Source: an uncultured Mycoplasmatota bacterium (GTDB lineage: Bacteria; Bacillota_I; Bacilli_A; RF39; UBA660). From it: a stretch of 43,707 nt of DNA. The notes beneath the pieces are model-generated. The model had not been told where the DNA came from. It was given only the letters and a program-made list of their open reading frames with translations, and made no database searches. The DNA lies in NCBI GenBank assembly GCA_946630615.1, contig CAMOYX010000001.1:1-43707 (forward strand). Direction: 5' to 3'. A program made the translations under genes and the position numbers. Positions 17,804 to 26,770 of this stretch are shown here, piece after piece (positions within the stretch are counted from its first letter, which is position 1; each line of letters opens with the position of its first letter).

Positions 17804-18878
17804 GGGATAACCTTCTTTCGTTTATATAATTAGTTATACTATCACGATTATTAGAAATTGTGCCATTTAAAATGTTATTTTCTATATCATTTAATAAATT
17901 TCCTATATCTTTACCTTTAACACATGCAATAGATAGTATTTCTTCTGTAGATAAAACTATATCTTTTCTAGTGTGTATTGGCATATCCATATATATCTTT
18001 TTTATTTTTTCTTCTTTTATACCAAGTATTTCTGCTACTAAAGAAGATTTATAGTAACCATATTTATAAATAGTGTTAGCATTAACTACTCCTAGTTTTA
18101 AATATGATTTAAATAATTCTATAGCATTTTCATTATTCTTCTTATGTGGATATTTTTTAGTAACATTAATTTGGGCCCATAAGGCTTCTATATCCGGAAC
18201 ATAAACAATTTCTTTAGTTATTATTCCTAGTGGTTTTAACATATTATAATTATTTAATAAATGGAATCCATTATTTAATAATATTTTATTTAATTCTCTT
18301 AATATAAGATCAGTTCTAATACTATCTAATAGATCAATATTTTTTATAATTGCATTTAATAATTCTTCATGTATTTTAAAATTATATGAAGCTTGAAATC
18401 TAACTGCTCTTAATATTCTTATAGGATCTTCTTCTAATCTCTTATTTGCATTTCCTATTACTCTTATAGTTTTATTTTGTAAATCATTTAATCCATTTAA
18501 GGGATCTACTAAATTACCATCTTTATCCATATATATAGCATTTATAGTAAAATCTCTTCTTATAGCATCTTCTTTAATATCAGAAGTATATTCTACTTCA
18601 AATGGTATATGATTATTATAGCTTCCTTCCCTTCTAAATGTTGTAATATCTACATTTATCTCGTTAGTTAAATTCATGTTATATGAACCACATATAATAT
18701 CTTTTTTTGGTGGTCCAAATATAGTTACTATATCCTTTGGTGTAGCACTTGTAGCTATATCAAAGTCATTAGTTTTTTTATTTAGAAGTGAATCTCTAAC
18801 AAAACCACCTACTAGGTATGCTTCAAAGCCAGAGTTCTCTAATTTTTCTAGTATGTGTCTTACTTGTTCTGGTATCAC
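17796..18878 (-). CDS. cca: CCA-adding tRNA nucleotidyltransferase (PolyA_pol family)
   Basis: Head-domain motif GGFVRDSLLNKKTNDFDIATSA, with RRDFTINA downstream. Confidence 0.85.
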   Translation of the reverse strand: MIPEQVRHILEKLENSGFEAYLVGGFVRDSLLNKKTNDFDIATSATPKDIVTIFGPPKKDIICGSYNMNLTNEINVDITTFRREGSYNNHIPFEVEYTSDIKEDAIRRDFTINAIYMDKDGNLVDPLNGLNDLQNKTIRVIGNANKRLEEDPIRILRAVRFQASYNFKIHEELLNAIIKNIDLLDSIRTDLILRELNKILLNNGFHLLNNYNMLKPLGIITKEIVYVPDIEALWAQINVTKKYPHKKNNENAIELFKSYLKLGVVNANTIYKYGYYKSSLVAEILGIKEEKIKKIYMDMPIHTRKDIVLSTEEILSIACVKGKDIGNLLNDIENNILNGTISNNRDSITNYINERRLSHE

Positions 18879-18991
18879 TTTATCACCTACGTTTACTCAC
18901 AAAAAGGCCTTAGATATATCAATATCTTAAGACCCTTAATACCTAGCTAAATCGTATCAAATATAATAATCTTTGTAAAGAGAGGAAATAT

Positions 18992-19179
18992 TTGACTTTT
19001 AGGCGGCTTTTCTATATACTATTAGCAGCTTGAAAGTTTGGCAGGGAACCAACTTATACATAACGTGTAGTTGAGATTATTTCTTCATAAGTATAATCTG
19101 CCTTTAGAAAGTGTTAACAACTACTCCCTATGATAAGTGTTCAAATAACTTTTAAGAAATAAATGAAAGGAGAAATATT
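18992..19179 (+). promoter_or_regulatory. rpsD promoter and long 5' leader (possible S4 autoregulatory leader)
   Basis: TTGACT (18992-18997), 17 nt, TATACT (19015-19020), followed by a leader of about 155 nt before the RBS AAAGGAG. S4 autoregulation through the leader is known in Bacillus; the structure was not verified here. Confidence 0.45.
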
Positions 19180-19782
19180 ATGTCAAGATATACTGGACCA
19201 GTTTATAAAAGATCAAGAAGATTTAACTTCTCTACTTTAGAAAACGGAAAAGAACTTGCAAAGAGACCTTATGCACCAGGTGCACACGGAACTGACAGAA
19301 GAAGCAAATTATCTGAATACGGAGTTCAATTACAAGAAAAACAAAAAGTAAGAACAATGTATGGCTTATCTGAAAAACAATTCCACAGAGTATTTAATAA
19401 GGCTTCTCACATGGAAGGTGTTCCAGGTGAAAACTTACTATTCTTACTAGAATCTAGATTAGATAACTTAGTATACAGAATGGGTTTAGCTAATACTCGT
19501 AGAGCTGCAAGACAACTTGTTAACCACGGACACATTTGTGTTAATGGTGTTAAAGTAGATATTCCTTCTTATACTTGTAAAGCTGGAGATGTTATTACTT
19601 TAAAAGAACAAAGTGCATCTCATAAAGCAGTACTTGCAAGTTTAGAAGAAAATAGACCATTAAAAGCATTCGTTGATTTTGATAAGAAGAAAATGTGTGG
19701 TACTTATTTAAGAAGACCAGACAGAACTGAACTTAATGCTGAAATTAATGAAGCTCTTATCGTTGAGTTCTACAACAGATAG
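19180..19782 (+). CDS. rpsD: 30S ribosomal protein S4
   Basis: [15 protein letters not shown]..., about 200 aa, with an S4 RNA-binding domain. Confidence 0.97.
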   Translation: MSRYTGPVYKRSRRFNFSTLENGKELAKRPYAPGAHGTDRRSKLSEYGVQLQEKQKVRTMYGLSEKQFHRVFNKASHMEGVPGENLLFLLESRLDNLVYRMGLANTRRAARQLVNHGHICVNGVKVDIPSYTCKAGDVITLKEQSASHKAVLASLEENRPLKAFVDFDKKKMCGTYLRRPDRTELNAEINEALIVEFYNR

Positions 19783-19790
19783 TTTTAGAG

Positions 19791-19822
19791 AAAAAAAGCA
19801 ATGTATTACATTGCTTTTTTTT
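19791..19822 (+). terminator. rpsD terminator
   Basis: Stem GCAATGTA / TACATTGC followed by TTTTTTTT. Confidence 0.75.
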
Positions 19823-19867
19823 ATGTATTTCTTTATAATTTTACTTAGGATTAAGGTGATTAATAAT

Positions 19868-20977
19868 ATGGATTTAAAAAAATTTGGAGACTTCTACTAC
19901 ACTCACAAAGGTTTAGTAAGAGCTTTAATAGGTTTATTAATATTTTTAGTAATTGCTATTGTTGTTTTAATCATAGTGTTAAATTTAACAAGAAGATACT
20001 CAGCTAAGGAAATGGAACCAATACTTGTTAAAGCGGCTAATAAGTATATGGGTGCAAATAGTAACTTAGTTCCTGGTTTTGAAGAAACTTACACTGTAAC
20101 TTATGATGAGTTAGTAACAAATGGATATATTAAAGAAAGAAGTAAAATGTTTAAAGATTCTTCTTGTGATGCTTCTGTAGATGTATTAAATAGCAATGGA
20201 AAATACAGAATTACTCCAAGAGTTAAATGTGATACTTATGAAAGAAAATCTTTAGCTAGTGAAATTACTAGCAAAGAAAAGATAGTTGAAAGTGGAAATG
20301 GTTTATATTTATTTAATAATAAATATACTTATCGTGGAGAATTTGTTAATAACTATCTAAAGTTTGATGATTATACTTGGAGAATTGTAAAATTTGATGA
20401 AAATGATACTTACTTAATACTAGATGGTTTTACAGATGAAAAGAATGCTCAAGTATTTGATGATAGATATAATGAATCTGTTAGATCTAATAGAGGATTT
20501 AATACTTATGCTACATCAAGAATTAAAGATGTTTTAGATAATGTATATACTGAATTTTTAGCTGATTCAGGTGCATATATAAATGAACATAATATTTGTA
20601 TTGGTAGTAGAGGCGAATTAATACCTAATAGTGATGGAGCATTGGAATGCTCAAATACTATTTCTACTACTATTGGTTTATTACCTTTATTTGATTATTT
20701 AAATGCTTCAGTTGATAGAACTTGTAATTATTCACTTGCTAAGAGTTGTATGAATTATAATTATTTATCTAAATTAGATACAAATTATTGGTTATTAACA
20801 CCAGATAGTGATACAACATATAAAACATATGCTGTTTCTGCTATAGGACAACCTTTATTAGAAAACTCTAATGCTAAGAAATTTGTAAGACCTGTTATTG
20901 TTATTCCTTCTACTCTATTCTATAAGAGTGGTAATGGTACTGAGGCAAGTCCTTACGAAATTGAAAGATTTAATTAA
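19868..20977 (+). CDS. Membrane-anchored, Cys-containing extracellular protein of unknown function
   Basis: The track ORF starts at 19736 inside rpsD. ATG 19868 has the RBS AAGGTGA and follows the rpsD terminator. TM segment LIGLLIFLVIAIVVLIIVL. The pattern WRIVKFDENDTYLILDG ... NYWLLTPDS ... FVRPVIVI resembles DUF6273-like domains (from memory, low confidence). Confidence 0.6.
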   Translation: MDLKKFGDFYYTHKGLVRALIGLLIFLVIAIVVLIIVLNLTRRYSAKEMEPILVKAANKYMGANSNLVPGFEETYTVTYDELVTNGYIKERSKMFKDSSCDASVDVLNSNGKYRITPRVKCDTYERKSLASEITSKEKIVESGNGLYLFNNKYTYRGEFVNNYLKFDDYTWRIVKFDENDTYLILDGFTDEKNAQVFDDRYNESVRSNRGFNTYATSRIKDVLDNVYTEFLADSGAYINEHNICIGSRGELIPNSDGALECSNTISTTIGLLPLFDYLNASVDRTCNYSLAKSCMNYNYLSKLDTNYWLLTPDSDTTYKTYAVSAIGQPLLENSNAKKFVRPVIVIPSTLFYKSGNGTEASPYEIERFN

Positions 20978-20980
20978 AGT

Positions 20981-21010
20981 AAAAATACTGCATATTAATG
21001 CAGTATTTTT
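20981..21010. terminator. Bidirectional terminator between convergent genes
   Basis: Stem ATACTGCAT / ATGCAGTAT flanked by A- and T-runs. Confidence 0.7.
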
Positions 21011-21918
21011 TATAGTTTAGAATCTATATATTCAATAGCTTTTAAGCTTGATAATGTACCATCTGCAATAGATGATGTAATATCATCTACTCTTTTTTCT
21101 CTTACATTACCTGCAGCAAATAAACCAGGTAATTGAGTTTCTAAATCATGATTAGTAATTATATACTTATGTGGATTTAGTGTTATTAGATCTTCTACTA
21201 ATTTAGTGTTAGGTGTATGACCTATGTTAATAAATAGACCTTCTACATCTAAATTTTGTTCTTTACCTTCGTGTTCTATTTTAATTGATTCTATTTTATC
21301 TTTACCATTTATTTCAGTTACTATTGTATTTAATAATAGTACTACGTTTGGTTTTTCTTTAATAGATTCTATTTTAATAGGTTCAGTTTTAAATATATCT
21401 CTTCTATGTATTAAATATATTTTCTTAGCTATATTAGATAAATACAGAGTAGAATCTATAGCAGTGTTACCACCACCTACTATAGCTATTACTTTATCTT
21501 TATAGTTAGGTCCATCTATAATAGCGTTGTTAGATATACCTTTACCTCTAAATTCTTCTTCACCTTTTATACCAAGTTTATTTGATTCTACACCTGCAGC
21601 ATATATTACTGTTTTACTTTGATATGTTTGATTAGATTTAGTAAATATAAAGAATATATCATGTTCTTTTTCTAGTTTAGTTACTTCATCTATTACTATA
21701 TCTGTACCCATGTCTTCTACTTGTTTTTTTAAGTTTCTAGCGAATTCTTCACCTTTTACATTAATTATACCTGGATAGTTATTTAATACTTCTACGTTTA
21801 GAATTTGACCACCTATAGAGTCATTTTCTATTAGTAATACTTTCTTATTTACTCTTCTTGCATATATTGCTGCTGCTAGGCCTGAAGTTCCTCCGCCTAT
21901 TATTATAATGTCATACAT
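21010..21918 (-). CDS. Thioredoxin-reductase-fold FAD/NAD(P)H flavoprotein lacking the redox-active CxxC
   Basis: GGGTSGLAAAIYA (FAD), GGGNTAIDSTLYLSNIAKKIYLIHRRD (NADPH) and GLFAAGNV are present. The position of the TrxB motif CATCDG reads NNAIIDG. Confidence 0.8.
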   Translation of the reverse strand: MYDIIIIGGGTSGLAAAIYARRVNKKVLLIENDSIGGQILNVEVLNNYPGIINVKGEEFARNLKKQVEDMGTDIVIDEVTKLEKEHDIFFIFTKSNQTYQSKTVIYAAGVESNKLGIKGEEEFRGKGISNNAIIDGPNYKDKVIAIVGGGNTAIDSTLYLSNIAKKIYLIHRRDIFKTEPIKIESIKEKPNVVLLLNTIVTEINGKDKIESIKIEHEGKEQNLDVEGLFINIGHTPNTKLVEDLITLNPHKYIITNHDLETQLPGLFAAGNVREKRVDDITSSIADGTLSSLKAIEYIDSKL

Positions 21919-22039
21919 AACTTCAACTACTTTCCTTAATTAAATTATAACACGTATAATACTGACTAGTAAATTGATGAAGTTGCTAATCATTGATTTA
22001 TTAGTATAATAATTTTTACTTATTTTATAGAATAAGTAA

Positions 22040-23470
22040 GAATTGTACGATTGAGTTTAGGCAGATTATAACAAGGGTCTTCGCATCCATATTTCTGACG
22101 GCCTAGCTCTTTTCTTTTTATTATCCTAGTTTTAGAATGTGAAGATTATTTATCAATCTTATATAACAAGCGTGATGAGGAGTGAGAAGTATAAAGAGTT
22201 CAATCGTAAAATGAAAGGATGTTGCTTATGCCAAGTTGTTTAGCTATTGATGTAGCTAAAGGCAAAAGTATGGTTACTTTAGTTAGTTCTTGTGGTGAAG
22301 TACTAATTGATCCATACGAAGTTGATCATTCTATTAATGGTTTTTCTAATTTACTTAATAGAATTAATAATCTTAAATTAGATAATATTTCTGTAATAAT
22401 GGAATCTACTAACATTTATCATAGACCTATAGAAAGATTCTTCTTAGAAAATGGTTTTAAAGTATTTGTTATTAATCCTATTTACGGGAGAATGCATAAA
22501 AGAAATCTAAGAAAAACTAAAACCGATAAAGAAGATTGTATTAATTTAGTTAATTTATTTATGTCTAATACTTTTAAAGAATATATTAAACCTGATAAAT
22601 AATATTTAGATTTAAATGCTTTATCTAGACAGTATTTTGCTTTAGATGATATATGTGTAAATATTAAAAATAGATATAGAAATCTAATTTACTTATGTTT
22701 TCCAGAATATGAAAACATATTCAAGAATAATCTTATATATTCTAATATTGCATTAGAATTTATAAAATCATTCCCTCATGCTGATATTATCTCTAATACT
22801 AGAATTGATAGAATTCAAAATTTCTTTAAGAAACATGAATTTAGATATTGGAAAACTAAAGCAATTTTAATAAAAGATACTGCTTCTAATTCTTACCCAT
22901 CTGTTAATATGAATGATGAGATAGTTTCTAATTTATCTCAAATGGCTAATCTTGTTAATGAATATCAAAAAACAATCAATATTATTAAATACAAAATGAC
23001 TTTTTTAGCTAAAAAATCTAAATACTTTAAGAGTATTAATTCTATTTATGGTATTGGTGAGTTTACTACATCTATCATTATTGCAGAACTTGGTGATATT
23101 AATAGATTTAACAATATTAAAGAATTAACAGCTTACTGTGGACTCGATCCATCAATTAAACAATCAGGTAAATCAATTAACGTTCATGGTCCCATTTCAA
23201 AATCAGGCAACAAATATATGAGAAAAATTCTTTACGTAGCTTGTTCCAATATTATTAGACTTGCAACAATTTTTAAAAATGAAAATGATATAGAAATTTA
23301 TTACAGAAAAAAACGTAATGAAGGTAAACATCATTACGCCGCAATAGTTGCTTGCACAACTAAATTACTCCGAAAAATTTTAGCTTTGTGTAAGCAATTA
23401 GACAATCAGTAGTCTCACCACAGACTACACTTATATTATATACTAAATAGCACATTGTTTGATAATTTTT
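22040..23470 (+). mobile_element. IS110-family insertion sequence (ends not determinable from this window)
   Basis: Contains a DEDD-type N-domain and a Transposase_20-type C-domain recombinase gene, with a structured non-coding leader of about 180 nt. Boundaries are guesses. Confidence 0.6.
22228..23412 (+). pseudogene. IS110-family transposase interrupted by a single in-frame TAA (22600-22602)
   Basis: Track ORFs 22219..22602 and 22909..23412 are in the same frame. Manual translation of 22603-22908 shows no further stop codon (YLDLNALSRQYFALDD...FPEYENIF...). DEDD residues are present (AIDVAKG, MESTNIYH, KTDKEDC). C-terminal sequence: GIGEFTTSIIIAELGDINRF ... DPSIKQSGKS. Confidence 0.8.
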
Positions 23471-23586
23471 AAAAAATATCAAATTTCGTGTGTTTTCAGT
23501 GTGTATTAATATATCATAAAAATCTATTATTGACAAAACTTAGAATGTCATGAATAAAAGTAATATAAAAAGAAGTAAAGGTATAC

Positions 23587-23610
23587 TGAAGTGAACCCCA
23601 AATAGTTCAC
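23587..23610 (+). repeat. Solo IS3-family terminal inverted repeat
   Basis: TGAAGTGAACCCCAAATAGTTCAC is identical (24/24) to the reverse complement of 26012-26035. It shares its first 10 nt with 25492-25515. Confidence 0.75.
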
Positions 23611-23631
23611 TTCATATAATCATTTCTTTTA

Positions 23632-25404
23632 TTAGATACAAGTTATAGCAATTGAACTATAGTTTGATTCTATATTAGTTTTTAAATTAGCAGCCTTAAC
23701 ACAGTCTAGTTTTATTGTTGTTAGGTTGCTACAATTTGAAAACATAGAACCCATATATTCTACTTTACTTGTATTAAAGCCACTTAAGTCTAGCGTTGTT
23801 AGACTGCTACATCTGTAAAACATATTAATCATATCTGTTACATTACTTGTATTAAAGCCACTTAAGTCTAGGGCTGTTAGGTTGCTACAGCTTTGAAACA
23901 TACATGACATATCTGTTACATTACTTGTATTAAAGCTACTTAAATTTAGACTGGTTAAGCTACTACATCCATAAAACATACGATCCATATTTGTTACATT
24001 ACTTGTATTAAAGTTACTTAGGTCTAGGGTTGGTAAGTTACTACATTCCTTAAACATACCTTCCATATTTGTTACATTACTTGTATTAAAACTACTTAAG
24101 TCTAGGGTTATTAGGCTACTACATCCTCTAAACATTTCATACATAATTGTTACATTACTTGTATTAAAGTTGCTTAAATCTAGAGTTGTTAGTCCACTAC
24201 AGCGATTAAACATTTCCCGCATAGATTTTACATTACTTGTATTAAAGTTATTTAAATCTAGGGTTGTTAGACTACTACAATTATAAAACATACCTTTCAT
24301 AGTTGTTACATTACTTGTATTAAAGCCACTTAAGTCTAGGGTTGTTAGGCTGCTACAGTCAGAAAACATATAACTCATATTTGCTACTTTACTTGTATTA
24401 AAGTTACTTAAATCTAGACTGGTTAGACCACTACACCAATCAAACATATCTTCCATAGTTGTCACATTACTTGTATCAAAACCACTTAAGTCTAGGGTTG
24501 TTAAGTTGCCACATCCATAAAACATATTACTCATATTTGTTACAAGTGAAGTATCAAAATTTGCAAAATCTATACTTACAATATTACTATAACCATCCTT
24601 TTCGTAATATCCGCTTTCTCCAAACCTATCATTTTGCATATTTATGGTTGATGCATCACTATAGTAATATAATGTTGTATCTTCCATCCAAGCATAAGCT
24701 TTATTCTTTGAACTATCATCACTTATTACTTTTGCACTTGCAAGTATATCACTACTTGGTGTACCAACATATGGCATAATCTTTGTTGCTGTTGCTTTAA
24801 AATCGTCTAAAGAAGCAAAGGCATTTTCTTTTAATAAAGCGCTATCTCTTTCTATTGTTGCAAAAGAACTAATTGTAATATTTGATGCAAAGGTTTTACC
24901 CATTACTTCACTAGAATTTGTTACTTTTTCATCAAGCCATAGTCTAAGTGAGAACTCCTTAGTCTTGCCTGCATCTACAATACCAGTTTTAAGTATTTTA
25001 CTATCTTTTGCATCAGATAGGATTGGACTTACATTTGTTTCTAGTTCATTTAAGATTACTGGTTCTTCATCAGATATACTTACTTTAATATATTTAGAAT
25101 CTAGAGAAGATGATGCTAGAGTCTCTAGGTTAATATTATATGCAGCATTGGTTGTACAAGTATTCTCTATCTTAAAGGTGTAGGGAGTTAAACGCATTCC
25201 CTCTTCATCAGTTACTGGATATGCTTTATCTAGAGTTATGGTGTTTGCCTCGCCAGTAAGTTCTAAATTAAAGCAACCTGATTTAACTAAGTTATTTGTA
25301 TTTTGTGTTTTAGTAGTTTGCCATATTGCATAACTTGTTCCAAGTACGATTGCAATTAGTGCAATAGATATCATGCTTATTTTTATTATTAATTTCTTGT
25401 TCAT
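23632..25404 (-). CDS. Surface protein with DUF285/BspA-type leucine-rich repeats
   Basis: Start at ATG 25404 (RBS AGGTGA). N-terminal signal/anchor MNKKLIIKISMISIALIAIVLG. The C-terminal half has 11 tandem 25-aa repeats, LDLSxFNTSNVTxMxxMFxxCSSLTT. Confidence 0.85.
   Translation of the reverse strand: MNKKLIIKISMISIALIAIVLGTSYAIWQTTKTQNTNNLVKSGCFNLELTGEANTITLDKAYPVTDEEGMRLTPYTFKIENTCTTNAAYNINLETLASSSLDSKYIKVSISDEEPVILNELETNVSPILSDAKDSKILKTGIVDAGKTKEFSLRLWLDEKVTNSSEVMGKTFASNITISSFATIERDSALLKENAFASLDDFKATATKIMPYVGTPSSDILASAKVISDDSSKNKAYAWMEDTTLYYYSDASTINMQNDRFGESGYYEKDGYSNIVSIDFANFDTSLVTNMSNMFYGCGNLTTLDLSGFDTSNVTTMEDMFDWCSGLTSLDLSNFNTSKVANMSYMFSDCSSLTTLDLSGFNTSNVTTMKGMFYNCSSLTTLDLNNFNTSNVKSMREMFNRCSGLTTLDLSNFNTSNVTIMYEMFRGCSSLITLDLSSFNTSNVTNMEGMFKECSNLPTLDLSNFNTSNVTNMDRMFYGCSSLTSLNLSSFNTSNVTDMSCMFQSCSNLTALDLSGFNTSNVTDMINMFYRCSSLTTLDLSGFNTSKVEYMGSMFSNCSNLTTIKLDCVKAANLKTNIESNYSSIAITCI
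23716..24540 (-). repeat. Tandem 75-bp coding repeats (11 copies) within the LRR gene
   Basis: The 75-nt periodicity is visible directly in the DNA (recurring ...cacttaagtctagggttgttag...ctacat...acattacttgtattaaag...). Coordinates were derived from the protein repeat register. Confidence 0.8.
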
Positions 25405-25491
25405 ATTATCACCTATCTTATTTAACCTTAGTAAGGTTATCAAAAATAATCGTTAATGTCAAATTGCATAAAATTAAAAAGATGACAATTT

Positions 25492-26035
25492 TGAAGTGAA
25501 CTCCATTTTGGGTACTTAAAAAAATAAGACATTGTAATAAAATAACATCTCAAGAAAGTGAGGTGTTATTTTTATGGGAAAACATTATGATGAAGTTTTT
25601 AAAGAAAGAGTTGTGAAAGAATTTAAAACTGGAGTATAGTGTGGTCATGCTAAAGTAGCCAAAAAATACGGAATCAATAATAATACAATTTAGCATTGGA
25701 TAGCAAAATAAAAAGAAGTACATGGATTAATCCTACATAGTGCTCAAGGATTCCAATATACATATAATCAATACAAAGCTATTTGTGAGTCAAATGGAAT
25801 AACTATTTCTATGGCTAGAAAAGGTACTCCAATCGTTGATGTGCCAATCGAAAGTTGGCATGTATTACTCAAAAAAGAAACTCTGTACAATAATAATATC
25901 CATTCTTCTACAAGTTTTTAGTATTCTTGTAGAGATGTGATATTATTTTATAACGCAAAAAGTACAAAATTAAAAAAACATTAGATTTTTATCTAACGCT
26001 TCTTTTTTTGTGTGAACTATTTGGGGTTCACTTCA
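25492..26035 (+). mobile_element. Internally deleted IS3-family element remnant (544 bp)
   Basis: Terminal repeats TGAAGTGAACTCCATTTTGGGTAC (left) and TGAAGTGAACCCCAAATAGTTCAC (right, reverse complement) flank fragments of orfA and the orfB C-terminus. Confidence 0.75.
25574..25921 (+). pseudogene. IS3-family transposase remnant (OrfA HTH fragment fused to the end of the rve domain, multiple stop codons)
   Basis: Translation: MGKHYDEVFKERVVKEFKTGV*CGHAKVAKKYGINNNTI*HWIAK*... then HSAQGFQYTYNQYKAICESNGITISMARKGTPIVDVPIESWHVLLKKETLY. Compare the IS3 pattern HSDQGxQYTS...SMSRKGNPxDNAxxESFF. Confidence 0.75.
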
Positions 26036-26182
26036 TACTTTATTTCTTATAATTTATCTTATTAGTTAATTAAAACTATTATATTATTATCTGTAGATAT
26101 TACTTTGTAATTTATATGTATCACTTCCTTTCTATGTATACATCATAGTTTAGAAATGTGAAATTTATATTAAAAAAATAAA

Positions 26183-26210
26183 AAGAAGATGGTAACAAGT
26201 TCATCTTCTT
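26183..26210 (-). terminator. Terminator of the infC-rpmI-rplT operon
   Basis: Stem AAGAAGATG / CATCTTCTT followed by a T-run on the minus strand. Confidence 0.65.
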
Positions 26211-26217
26211 TTAATAA

Positions 26218-26757
26218 TTAACTTAAAGCTTCAACTAATTCGGCTTTTTTCATTCCTGAAAAGCCTTTGATATCTTTTTCTTTAGCCATTTCTTTTAATT
26301 CAGCTAAAGTTTTAGATGATAAATCATTATTAGCTACTTCTTTTTTAGGAGCAACTTTCTTTTCTTCTTTAACTACTACTTTAGTAGCTTTCTTAGCACC
26401 TGAAGCTAATGATTTTTTAGAAACTTCTACTAATTTAGTGAAGTTAGCTGGTTCATTAACTGCAAGTTCAGCTAATACTTTTCTATTTACTTCGATTCCA
26501 GCAATTGCTAAACCGTTCATGAATTTAGAGTAACTAATATCATTCATACGGCATGCAGCATTGATTCTTGTAATCCATAGTTTTCTGAAATCTCTTTTCT
26601 TTCTTCTTCTGTCTCTGTAAGCATAAGCACCACTGTGGAATACTTGTTCTTGAGCAGTTCTATATAATCTGTGTTTAGAACCAAAGTAACCTTTAGCAGC
26701 TTTTAATACTTTTCTACGTCTATTTTTAGAAACGTTTCCGCCTTTAACTCTTGCCAT
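26218..26757 (-). CDS. rplT: 50S ribosomal protein L20 with a ~60-aa C-terminal extension ending in a Rho_N-like HeH motif
   Basis: [26 protein letters not shown]... is canonical L20 for about 118 aa. A Lys/Ala/Val-rich linker follows, then [30 protein letters not shown]. Confidence 0.93.
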   Translation of the reverse strand: MARVKGGNVSKNRRRKVLKAAKGYFGSKHRLYRTAQEQVFHSGAYAYRDRRRKKRDFRKLWITRINAACRMNDISYSKFMNGLAIAGIEVNRKVLAELAVNEPANFTKLVEVSKKSLASGAKKATKVVVKEEKKVAPKKEVANNDLSSKTLAELKEMAKEKDIKGFSGMKKAELVEALS

Positions 26758-26770
26758 CTATGTTTCCTCC

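Noticed and set aside
19736-19867. Long 5' extension of ORF 19736..20977 overlapping the end of rpsD.
   Set aside because: The extension spans the rpsD stop codon and its terminator hairpin. ATG 19868 has a good RBS and begins a sensible N-terminus followed by a TM segment.
22219-23412. Two separate small genes (22219..22602 and 22909..23412).
   Set aside because: They share one frame and are joined by 306 nt of open, IS110-like coding sequence. This is a single transposase gene with one nonsense codon.
23716-24540. Regular 75-bp DNA repeats as a possible CRISPR array.
   Set aside because: The repeats are contiguous with no spacers, in frame, and encode a 25-aa LRR unit within one long ORF. 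No cas genes are present.
25574-25640. Short ORF MGKHYDEVFKERVVKEFKTGV as a functional small gene.
   Set aside because: It is the first 21 codons of an IS3 OrfA HTH domain, truncated by a stop codon. It lies inside a remnant with several further stop codons and a large internal deletion.
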